NCBI RefSeq assembly: GCF_000017305.1
Contig: NC_009664.2
Coordinates: 1,470,001 to 1,502,000, forward strand
DNA length: 32,000 nt
Direction: 5' to 3'
From: Kineococcus radiotolerans SRS30216 = ATCC BAA-149
GTDB taxonomy: Bacteria > Actinomycetota > Actinomycetes > Actinomycetales > Kineococcaceae
Numbering within the stretch: position 1 is the first letter of the stretch; the number at the start of each line of letters is the position of its first letter. The notes beneath the pieces were generated by a model. The model did not search any database. It was not told the DNA's origin and worked only from the letters and a program-made list of their open reading frames with translations. Shown here one piece after another: positions 25,053 to 32,000 of this stretch. Both the position numbers and the translations under genes were made by a program.

Positions 25053-25246
25053 GCACCGAGCCGCCGCACCTCGGCCGAGGCGGGAACCACGCCGCACTCG
25101 CCCGGCCGGTGTCGTCCCCGCATCGTGCCGTGGGCAGGAGGAAGGGAACCTCGCCGAGGGAGTTCACGGTCGTGCCGCCTCGCGGGTGGATCGCCACCAC
25201 GGCGCCGATCGCGCGCCGCTCGCAGCGCTTCGTCAGGCTCGACGCC

Positions 25247-25738
25247 TCACGTCTCGATCCACACCTCATCGAGGTTGACCCCGTCGTGCTCGGGCGAGGG
25301 AGTCAGGCGCGCCCGGGTGACCCCGGCTTCCCTCAAGGCCTGCACGACGATGCCGGCGGTGGTGCGGCCGGCTTCGGGGGCCATGTAGCCGTTGTTGTCG
25401 ATCACGACGTACGGACCGTCAGGGTGGCGGTAGACGTCGCTGACCCAGCCGGGACTGTCCAGGGGCCGGGGCAGGAGGTGGTTGCGCTCCATCTCCTCCT
25501 CGTCCAGCTCCCGTCCGTCCTCGACGACGAAGGAGAAGCGCGGCACCACCGAGGCCAGGGCGTGCGCGGCACGTTCAGCCTGGTCAGTGGAGACGCGCAC
25601 CTGCAGCGACGTGTCCTGCGTGTCCCCATCCGGGTCGCGGGGGTTGGGCCCGAACAGGGCGGGGTCCACCTCGATGATCGGCTCGCTCACGACCGACCAG
25701 TGTGGAAGGCGCAGGACGCCGGGCGCGAGCCGATTCAC
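25247..25738 (-). CDS. hypothetical acidic protein (no family recognised; start uncertain)
   Basis: 163-aa ORF (GTG 25738) with high GC3 throughout. It lies 115 nt downstream of and co-oriented with the SDR at 25854..26732. There is no convincing SD. Confidence 0.45.
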   Translation of the reverse strand: MNRLAPGVLRLPHWSVVSEPIIEVDPALFGPNPRDPDGDTQDTSLQVRVSTDQAERAAHALASVVPRFSFVVEDGRELDEEEMERNHLLPRPLDSPGWVSDVYRHPDGPYVVIDNNGYMAPEAGRTTAGIVVQALREAGVTRARLTPSPEHDGVNLDEVWIET

Positions 25739-25853
25739 CCTCGTGCCGCGCGGCGCGGAGTCGCGGCCTCAGAACCCTGCGGGTGAGATGACGGTCGTCC
25801 CGCGATCCGGGCACGGTCGGCGCGGGCAGGCACGCGCAGCGGTGTGGCGGCGC

Positions 25854-26732
25854 TCAGGCGTCGTCGTGGGCCAGGGAGCTCGACAGGTCGCGGTGGGCCT
25901 CGACCTGCTCGAGGAGGGTCTTCGCCTTGGCCGTGGCGGTCTCGACCGCGTCGGCGCCGGCGACCCAGCGCAGCGGAGGCTGCTCCATCGCGGCGACCTG
26001 CATCAAGGCGGCGGCGAGCTTGGCCGGGTCCCCACCCTGCCGGCCGTTCATCCCCTTCCACGCCTCGATCGTCGCCGCGGTGCGCTGGGCGTAGTCCGCG
26101 ATGGACAGCTCCGGCCACGACGTCGAAGCACCCTCGACCAGCAGTTCGGTGCGGAAGAAACCGGGCTCGACGATGGTGGTGTCGATCCCGTACGGCGCCA
26201 CGTCGAAGCGCAGGGCCTCCATCCACCCCTCCAGGGCGAACTTCGAGGCGCAGTAGGCGGCGACGAACTCCTGACCCACCAGCCCGGCGGTGGAGCTGAA
26301 GGTGATGACGTGCCCGCTGCGCTGGGCGCGCATGACCGGCAGCACCGCCCGGGTGACGTTGAGGGGCCCGAAGAAGTTGGTCTCCACCTGCGCGCGGAAC
26401 TGCGCGGGGCTGATCTCCTCGAAGAACCCGGCGTAGAAGTTTCCCGCGTTGTTGACCAGCACGTCGATGCGCCCGAAGCGCGCCGTGGCCGCCTGCACCG
26501 CCGCCGCGACGTCGGCCTCGTCGGTGATGTCCAAGGAGAGGACCAGCAGGTCCTCGTGCTCGCCCAGCACCGCAGCGACCCGGTGCGCGCTGCGGCCGGT
26601 GGCGACGACCCGGTGCCCGGCGGCCAGCGCGGCGCGGGTGATGTCCACGCCCATGCCCCGCCCGGCGCCGGTGATCAGCCACACCGCGCGCTCAGTGCCC
26701 GTCACGGTGCTCGGTGCCGTCGTCTCAGTCAT
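25854..26732 (-). CDS. SDR-family NAD(P)-dependent oxidoreductase (classical, extended C-terminus)
   Basis: 292 aa with ITGAGRGMG, NNAG, and YCASKFA (YxxxK). Confidence 0.9.
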   Translation of the reverse strand: MTETTAPSTVTGTERAVWLITGAGRGMGVDITRAALAAGHRVVATGRSAHRVAAVLGEHEDLLVLSLDITDEADVAAAVQAATARFGRIDVLVNNAGNFYAGFFEEISPAQFRAQVETNFFGPLNVTRAVLPVMRAQRSGHVITFSSTAGLVGQEFVAAYCASKFALEGWMEALRFDVAPYGIDTTIVEPGFFRTELLVEGASTSWPELSIADYAQRTAATIEAWKGMNGRQGGDPAKLAAALMQVAAMEQPPLRWVAGADAVETATAKAKTLLEQVEAHRDLSSSLAHDDA

Positions 26733-27233
26733 GTCGTTCCTCCGTCAGGGGTGCAGGTACCCCGCCTGGGTGCTCGAACGTGGCGCAGCGCACGTGGACG
26801 TGGCGGGTGCCCCCAGCCAACTCCCCTGCCGACGGGTGGAGAAGTCACTGCTGGCAGGTGTACCGGCAGTCCACCCCTCCCCTGCGCTCGACGGGCCTTC
26901 GAGGTGCCCGGCAGTGCCCAGCCCGACTGGTGTGGAAGACCGCGATCAAGCCCGGAACGAGGTCGAGGCCCTCCTGACCTCACGCCGAGCGAGGATCGCT
27001 CCGCGGCAGGTCGGCTGGTCGACTCCCGGTCGACCACGCCCGGTCCACCGTCCTCGACGACCGTGCCCGACGTCCGGGCCGACCGGGAACGTGCTGCCGA
27101 CGACGAGAGGCGTCAGCACCACGAGCCCGGGGACGTGGCGGTCTCGCCTGCAGCGGGGTCGCCCAGGGGCGGTGAACGGCGAGGCCCGGCCCGTTCCCCG
27201 GCGCCCGCGCCCGGTGTGCGCGAGGATCGGTCC

Positions 27234-27788
27234 ATGGACGAGATCCGGGCGGGGCGAGTCGCCGCCGTCAGCCGCGACGACACGCACCGGTTCAGCAAGG
27301 ACGCCGTGGAGGCCGTCACGCTGCTGGCGGGCCTCGGCGTCGAGGGCGACGCGCACGCCGGGACCACGGTGCAGCACCGCTCCCGGGTGGCCGTCGACCC
27401 GACCCGGCCCAACCTGCGCCAGGTGCACCTCCTCCAGGGGGAGCTGCACGACGAGCTGCGGGAGCGGGGTTTCGAGGTCGGCCCGGGTCAGCTGGGCGAG
27501 AACATCACCACCCGGGGTCTGGACCTGCTCCACCTGCCCCGCGGGGCCCGGCTGCACCTGGGCGAGGAGGCCGTCGTGGAGATCACCGGGTTGCGCAACC
27601 CCTGCGCGCAGATCAACGCCTTCCAGCCGGGTCTGCTCAAGGCCGTCACCCCCCGGGACCCCGACGGCGAGGTCGTGCGCAAGGCCGGCGTCATGGGGGT
27701 CGTCGTCCGCGGCGGGCGGGTGCGCGCCGGGGACCGCGTCGAGGTGGAGGTCCCGCCGCAGCCCTGGGAGGTCCTGCAGCCCGTGTGA
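27234..27788 (+). CDS. MOSC domain-containing protein
   Basis: ATG 27234 (GAGGA upstream) within track ORF 25482..27788. Sequence GVEGDAHAG...QVHLLQGEL...GQLGENITTRGLDL...LRNPCAQINAFQPGLL contains the conserved Cys. Confidence 0.85.
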   Translation: MDEIRAGRVAAVSRDDTHRFSKDAVEAVTLLAGLGVEGDAHAGTTVQHRSRVAVDPTRPNLRQVHLLQGELHDELRERGFEVGPGQLGENITTRGLDLLHLPRGARLHLGEEAVVEITGLRNPCAQINAFQPGLLKAVTPRDPDGEVVRKAGVMGVVVRGGRVRAGDRVEVEVPPQPWEVLQPV

Positions 27789-27887
27789 ACCGCGCCCCGC
27801 GGGACCTCACCCCGGGGGCGCTCGCCGGGCCGACGCGTCACGGCACGCGCGGGTTCTCCACCGCGGCGACGGCGCGCACCCGCCCGC

Positions 27888-28184
27888 TCAGGAACGCACG
27901 AGGCGGGCGATCGCGTCGGACGCTTCCTTGATCTTCAGCTCGGCGTTCTCGCCGCCCTCCCGGGCGGCGTCGACGACGCAGTGGGCGAGGTGGTCGTCGA
28001 GCAGTTGCAGCGCCACGGCCTGCAGGGCCTTGGTGGCGGCGGACACCTGGGTCAGGACGTCGATGCAGTACGTGTCCTCCTCGACCATGCGGTGCAGGCC
28101 GCGGACCTGGCCCTCGATGCGCCGCAGGCGCTTCAGCACCTGCTCCTTGTCCTCGTCGTAGCCGACCACGACCGACTCCTCCAC
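27888..28184 (-). CDS. csoR: CsoR-family copper-sensing transcriptional repressor
   Basis: C-terminal 98 codons of track ORF 27888..28577. Sequence KEQVLKRLRRIEGQVRGLHRMVEEDTYCIDVLTQVSAATKALQAVALQLLDDHLAHCV has the Cys and His-x3-Cys residues at the positions expected for a CsoR Cu(I) site. The start is GTG 28184 or 28169. Confidence 0.85.
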   Translation of the reverse strand: MEESVVVGYDEDKEQVLKRLRRIEGQVRGLHRMVEEDTYCIDVLTQVSAATKALQAVALQLLDDHLAHCVVDAAREGGENAELKIKEASDAIARLVRS

Positions 28185-28192
28185 TGCTCGCT

Positions 28193-28212
28193 GGTACCCG
28201 TGAGGGGTACCC
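28193..28212. promoter_or_regulatory. CsoR operator-like pseudopalindrome (box 1, at the csoR 5' end)
   Basis: GGTACCC-gtgag-GGGTACC, about 9 nt upstream of the csoR start. Coordinates are +/-1 nt. Confidence 0.55.
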
Positions 28213-28364
28213 GGTGAACGGATCGAGACGGTCGTCCGTTCCCCCGATCGTACCCCGGCCGGGTATGGCCTCCGCGTCGATCGCGGCGCCCGGCGCGGTG
28301 CCGGGACCGCGAACCCGGACCGGCTGGCCGGAATACCCGGCACCCGCCTACGCTTACCTCCACA

Positions 28365-28383
28365 GGTACCCCCCACGGGTACC
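28365..28383. promoter_or_regulatory. CsoR operator-like pseudopalindrome (box 2, upstream of copZ)
   Basis: GGTACCC-cccac-GGGTACC, with the same architecture as box 1. It ends 37 nt upstream of the copZ ATG. Confidence 0.6.
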
Positions 28384-28419
28384 CCGGACGCACCAGCGAC
28401 ACCCCGAGGAGACCGCGCC

Positions 28420-28629
28420 ATGGCCACGTACGAGTACCGGGTGACCGGGATGACCTGCGCCCACTGCGAGATGTCGGTGCGCGAGGAGGTCGAGCAGCTC
28501 GCCGGCGTCGCCGACGTCCAGGTCGACGCCACGACCGGCCGGCTCGTCCTGACCGGCACCGGCCCGGTCGAGGACACCGCCGTCCTGGCGGCGGTGGAGG
28601 AGGCCGGTTACTCCGCGGTGCGCGTCTGA
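28420..28629 (+). CDS. copZ: copper chaperone (HMA domain)
   Basis: 69 aa. MATYEYRVTGMTCAHCEMSVREEV carries the MxCxxC motif on a ferredoxin-like HMA fold. Confidence 0.9.
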   Translation: MATYEYRVTGMTCAHCEMSVREEVEQLAGVADVQVDATTGRLVLTGTGPVEDTAVLAAVEEAGYSAVRV

Positions 28630-29672
28630 TGAACGCCGCCGGACGGCTCGCCGCCTACGCCGCCGGTCTGGTCGTGGTGTTCGGGGGCTCCTACGCCGTC
28701 GCCTCGGCGGTGGTGCCCGCGGACGCCGTCGCGCAGTGGCGGGAGGACGCGGCCGCCGCGCGGCACGACCCCGCGGCCCACGACCCCGCAACCGACCACC
28801 CCGCGGAGGACACCGCCGCGGCCTCGACCGACGAGCCGGGACTCGCGGGGTTGTCGCTCGCCGCGGACGGCCACGTCCTCTCCCCCGTGCGCGCCCCCGG
28901 CGCCGTCGGGCAACCCGGCACGCTGTCGTTCCAGGTCCTGGACCCGGCGGGGACGCCGGTCACCGACTACGCGATCGCGCACGAGGAGGACCTGCACCTC
29001 ATCGTGGTGCGCTCCGACGGCGCCGGCTTCCGGCACGTGCACCCCGCCCTGGACCCGGCGACCGGCACGTGGTCGATCCCGTGGACGTGGGAGGCGGCGG
29101 GCACCCACCGGGTCTTCGCCGACTTCACCCCCGCCGGCGCCGCCGGCGGGCTGACGCTGACCCGAACGGTGCAGGTGGCCGGGGACGTCACCCCCTCCTC
29201 GCCGCCGCTCAGCGCGGTCAGCGAGGTCGACGGCTTCACCGTCACCGCGACGGGGGACCTGACCGCGGGCCGCTCCGGCGAGCTGGACCTGACGGTGACC
29301 CGCGAGGGCGAGCCGGTGACGACGCTGGAGCCCTACCTGGGCGCCTACGGGCACCTGGTCGCGCTGCGCGAGGGCGACCTGGCCTACCTGCACGTGCACG
29401 CCGAGGGCGAGGCCCCCGCCGCGGGGCGCACCGCGGGCCCGACGACCACCTTCGCGGTGCAGGTCCCCACCGCCGGGCGCTACCTGCTCTACCTGGACTT
29501 CCAGGTCGAGGGCCGGGTGCGCACCGCCTCCTTCGTCCTCGAGGCCGCGGCGGCGGGGTCCACGACGGACGCGGCCGACGCCCCGGGGACCAGCGCCCCG
29601 ACGGCCGGCGCTCCCGAGACCCACGCCCCGGAGACCCACGCCGACGGCTCCGGCGACGCGCACGCGCACTGA
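28629..29672 (+). CDS. N-terminally anchored extracytoplasmic protein with two tandem His-motif beta-sandwich-like repeats and a His-rich tail (function unknown; copper-related by context)
   Basis: 347 aa. Its ATG overlaps the copZ stop (TGATG). The TM helix is [23 protein letters not shown]. The repeats contain [18 protein letters not shown] and [18 protein letters not shown]. The tail is [20 protein letters not shown]. Confidence 0.7.
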   Translation: MNAAGRLAAYAAGLVVVFGGSYAVASAVVPADAVAQWREDAAAARHDPAAHDPATDHPAEDTAAASTDEPGLAGLSLAADGHVLSPVRAPGAVGQPGTLSFQVLDPAGTPVTDYAIAHEEDLHLIVVRSDGAGFRHVHPALDPATGTWSIPWTWEAAGTHRVFADFTPAGAAGGLTLTRTVQVAGDVTPSSPPLSAVSEVDGFTVTATGDLTAGRSGELDLTVTREGEPVTTLEPYLGAYGHLVALREGDLAYLHVHAEGEAPAAGRTAGPTTTFAVQVPTAGRYLLYLDFQVEGRVRTASFVLEAAAAGSTTDAADAPGTSAPTAGAPETHAPETHADGSGDAHAH

Positions 29673-29679
29673 CCGGCCC

Positions 29680-29725
29680 GGCCACCGCCGTCGGCCACCG
29701 CCGTCGGCCACCGCCGTCGGCCACC
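29680..29725. repeat. intergenic tandem repeat, 13-bp unit GGCCACCGCCGTC x3 plus a 7-bp partial copy
   Basis: Read directly from the sequence. It begins 8 nt after the stop at 29672 and ends 66 nt before the copA ATG. Confidence 0.85.
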
Positions 29726-29790
29726 CCCCGGCGTCCGCACCCGCGGCACCACGCCCCCGACCCCGTCGACCACCCGAGGAGGAACAGCGC

Positions 29791-32000
29791 ATGAGCACCC
29801 AGGTGCCCGCCGCCACCGGGCGGACCCCCGCCGGCCCGAGCATCGAGCTGCAGATCGGCGGGATGACCTGCGCCTCGTGCGCGATGCGGATCGAGAAGAA
29901 GCTCAACAAGCTCGACGGGGTCACGGCCACCGTCAACTACGCCACCGAGAAGGCCCGGGTGGTCGTCCCGGCCGGCTACGACCCCGCGCAGCTCATCGCC
30001 GAGGTCGGCAAGGCCGGCTACACCGCCGCGCTGCCGGCCCCCCCGCCGTCCTCCACCGGGGGCGCGGAACCCGGGGACGGGGCGGGACCGGGGGACGGCG
30101 AGGTGCGGACGCTGCGCCAGCGGCTCACCGGCGCGGTCGCGCTGTCCGTGCCGGTCATCGTCGTGTCGATGGTCCCCGCCCTGCAGTTCGACCACTGGCA
30201 GTGGGCCGCCCTGACCCTGACCGCCCCGGTGGTCACCTGGGCGGCGTGGCCGTTCCACCGGGCCGCCTGGACGAACCTGCGCCACGGCACCGCCACCATG
30301 GACACCCTCGTCTCGACGGGCACCCTCAGCGCGTTCCTGTGGTCGCTGTACGCCCTGTTCCTCGGCGACGCCGGCGCCCCCGGGATGACCCACCCCTTCC
30401 GGTTCACCCCCACCCCCGGTGACGGCTCCTCGAACACCTACCTCGAGGTCGCGGCCGCGGTGCCGATGTTCGTCCTCGCCGGGCGCTACGTCGAGAAGCG
30501 CTCGAAGCGGCAGGCCGGCGCCGCGCTGCGCGCCCTGCTCGACCTGGGCGCCAAGGAGGTCGCGCTGCTGCGCGACGGGGTCGAGACGAGGATCCCCGCC
30601 GACCGGCTCGCCGTGGGCGACGAGTTCGTCGTCCGCCCCGGGGAGAAGATCGCCACCGACGGCGTCGTCGTCTCCGGCACCTCCGCCGTCGACGCCTCGA
30701 TGCTGACCGGGGAGTCCGTGCCGGTCGAGGTCGGCGGGGGGGACGCCGTCACCGGCGCCACCGTCAACGCCGGCGGGCGCCTCGTCGTGCGCGCCACCCG
30801 CGTCGGCTCCGACACCCGGCTCGCCCAGATGGCCCGCCTCGTCGAGGACGCCCAGACCGGCAAGGCCGAGGTCCAGCGCCTGGCCGACCGGGTCTCGGGG
30901 GTCTTCGTGCCCGTCGTCGTCGCGATCGCCGTCGCCACCCTGGCGGGCTGGCTCGGCGCGGGGTCCGGGGTCGGCGCCGCCTTCACCGCCGCCGTCGCCG
31001 TCCTCGTCGTGGCCTGCCCCTGCGCCCTCGGCCTGGCCACCCCCACCGCCCTGCTCGTCGGGACCGGTCGCGGCGCCCAGGTGGGGGTCCTCATCAAGGG
31101 CCCCGAGGTCCTGGAGTCCACCCGCCGGGTCGACACCGTCGTGCTCGACAAGACCGGCACCGTCACCACCGGGGAGATGGCGCTGGTCGACGTGATCACC
31201 ACCCCGGGCACCGACCGCACCCTGCTGCTGCGCCTGGCCGGGGCGCTGGAGGACGCCTCCGAGCACCCCGTCGCCCGGGCCGTCGCCCGGGCCGCCACCG
31301 CCGAGGTCGGGCCCCTGCCCACCCCGGAGGACTTCGCCAACGTCGAGGGCCGCGGCGTGCAGGGGGTCGTCCCCCTGGACGGGCCGGCCGGCCGGACCAG
31401 CCACGCCGTGCTCGTGGGGCGCGAGTCCCTGCTGGCCGAGTGGTCCCAGCCCCTGCCCGGGGACCTGTCCGCGGCCAAGGCGCGCGCCGAGGCCGGGGGC
31501 CGGACCGTCGTCGCCGTCGGCTGGGACGGAGCCGCCCGCGGCCTGCTCGTGGTCGCCGACACCGTCAGGCCCACCAGCGCCCGCGCCGTCGCCGAGCTGA
31601 AGGGCCTGGGCCTGACCCCGGTCCTGCTCACCGGGGACAACACCGCCGTGGCCCGGCGGATCGCCGCCGAGGTCGGCATCGACGAGGTCGTCGCCGAGGT
31701 CCTGCCCGCGGGGAAGGTCGACGTCGTCAAGGGCCTGCAGGCGCAGGGCCGGACGGTGGCGGTGGTCGGCGACGGCGTCAACGACGCCCCCGCCCTGGCC
31801 CAGGCCGACCTCGGCCTGGCGATGGGCACCGGCACCGACGTGGCGATCGAGGCCTCCGACATCACCCTGGTGCGCGGGGACCTGCTGAGCGCCGTCGACG
31901 CGATCCGCCTCTCGCGCCGGACGCTGGGCACGATCAGGGGGAACCTGTTCTGGGCCTTCGCCTACAACGTCGCCGCCGTCCCGGTCGCGGCGCTGGGGAT
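29791..32000 (+). CDS. copA: P1B-type copper-translocating ATPase, 3'-truncated by the window edge
   Basis: ATG 29791 with GAGGAGGAA upstream. It is not in the ORF track because no stop is reached. It has an HMA domain ([15 protein letters not shown]), TGES, CPC ([12 protein letters not shown]), DKTGT and [10 protein letters not shown] motifs. Confidence 0.95.
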   Translation, partial: MSTQVPAATGRTPAGPSIELQIGGMTCASCAMRIEKKLNKLDGVTATVNYATEKARVVVPAGYDPAQLIAEVGKAGYTAALPAPPPSSTGGAEPGDGAGPGDGEVRTLRQRLTGAVALSVPVIVVSMVPALQFDHWQWAALTLTAPVVTWAAWPFHRAAWTNLRHGTATMDTLVSTGTLSAFLWSLYALFLGDAGAPGMTHPFRFTPTPGDGSSNTYLEVAAAVPMFVLAGRYVEKRSKRQAGAALRALLDLGAKEVALLRDGVETRIPADRLAVGDEFVVRPGEKIATDGVVVSGTSAVDASMLTGESVPVEVGGGDAVTGATVNAGGRLVVRATRVGSDTRLAQMARLVEDAQTGKAEVQRLADRVSGVFVPVVVAIAVATLAGWLGAGSGVGAAFTAAVAVLVVACPCALGLATPTALLVGTGRGAQVGVLIKGPEVLESTRRVDTVVLDKTGTVTTGEMALVDVITTPGTDRTLLLRLAGALEDASEHPVARAVARAATAEVGPLPTPEDFANVEGRGVQGVVPLDGPAGRTSHAVLVGRESLLAEWSQPLPGDLSAAKARAEAGGRTVVAVGWDGAARGLLVVADTVRPTSARAVAELKGLGLTPVLLTGDNTAVARRIAAEVGIDEVVAEVLPAGKVDVVKGLQAQGRTVAVVGDGVNDAPALAQADLGLAMGTGTDVAIEASDITLVRGDLLSAVDAIRLSRRTLGTIRGNLFWAFAYNVAAVPVAALG

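Noticed and set aside
26733-27233. A Moco or ZTP-type riboswitch upstream of the MOSC gene.
   Set aside because: Only trivial fragments are present (for example GACTGG). None of the paired conserved blocks of either motif was recognisable by eye. This needs a covariance-model scan to exclude fully.
28141-28260. While hand-translating, my reading of the printed lines was offset by 1 nt relative to the ORF track between about 28141 and 28260. The two agree again on both sides of that stretch.
   Set aside because: The net offset is zero and all track ORFs read through cleanly. I treat it as a reading or formatting ambiguity and not as a frameshift or pseudogene. The coordinates of the csoR start and CsoR box 1 carry +/-1 nt.
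29242-31404. A 720-aa ORF on the minus strand, one of the longest in the track.
   Set aside because: It is antisense to the clearly recognisable copA gene, whose HMA, TGES, CPC and DKTGT motifs lie on the plus strand. The product is Gly/Arg/Pro/Asp low-complexity sequence. This is a typical stop-free shadow frame in ~73% GC DNA.

Overview
This is a 32-kb, roughly 73% G+C, gene-dense chromosomal segment from an actinobacterium. The taxon cannot be fixed without a database search. A stress-tolerant Kineococcus-like organism would fit the composition and gene content, but that is only a guess. I can support about 36 protein-coding genes. I found no rRNA, tRNA, CRISPR array, transposase, integrase or phage structural gene. 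All homology calls come from motif recognition by eye, because no searches could be run.

Layout:
(i) 1-2.3 kb: the tail of an MDR-type Zn dehydrogenase, a FUSC/aromatic-acid-exporter-like membrane protein, and a GH43 glycosidase.
(ii) 2.4-8.1 kb: a compact oxidative/desiccation-stress island. It holds a Mn-catalase, an Ohr/OsmC peroxiredoxin, several unknown membrane proteins, a 30-codon uORF, and a translationally coupled trio. The trio is a membrane-tethered LEA3-like 11-mer-repeat protein, a Holin-X-type 2-TM protein and a DUF3618-type repeat protein.
(iii) 8.2-13.3 kb: an orphan siderophore-type binding lipoprotein behind a near-consensus IdeR/DtxR iron box, then the class Ib ribonucleotide reductase operon nrdHIEF with two putative NrdR boxes.
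(iv) 13.6-19.5 kb: a LacI regulator plus rhamnose mutarotase, a DHH phosphoesterase, an MFS transporter, two divergent SDRs, and an isochorismatase-like hydrolase.
(v) 19.5-21.3 kb: an ECF sigma factor ATGA-coupled to a single-pass anti-sigma-like protein, with a divergent Trp-rich small ORF.
(vi) 21.4-27.8 kb: assorted small enzymes and ligand-binding folds (VOC, phosphotriesterase-like, NTF2-like, SRPBCC, DUF1801, SDR, MOSC).
(vii) 27.9-32 kb: a copper module, csoR divergent from copZ-unknown-copA, with twin GGTACCC-N5-GGGTACC operators.

Most of the very long ORFs in the six-frame track are high-GC shadow ORFs and I rejected them. I did not find a convincing novel defence or mobile system. 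The best candidates for undescribed biology are the coupled membrane/11-mer-repeat trio inside the stress island and the internally duplicated His-motif protein inside the cop operon.
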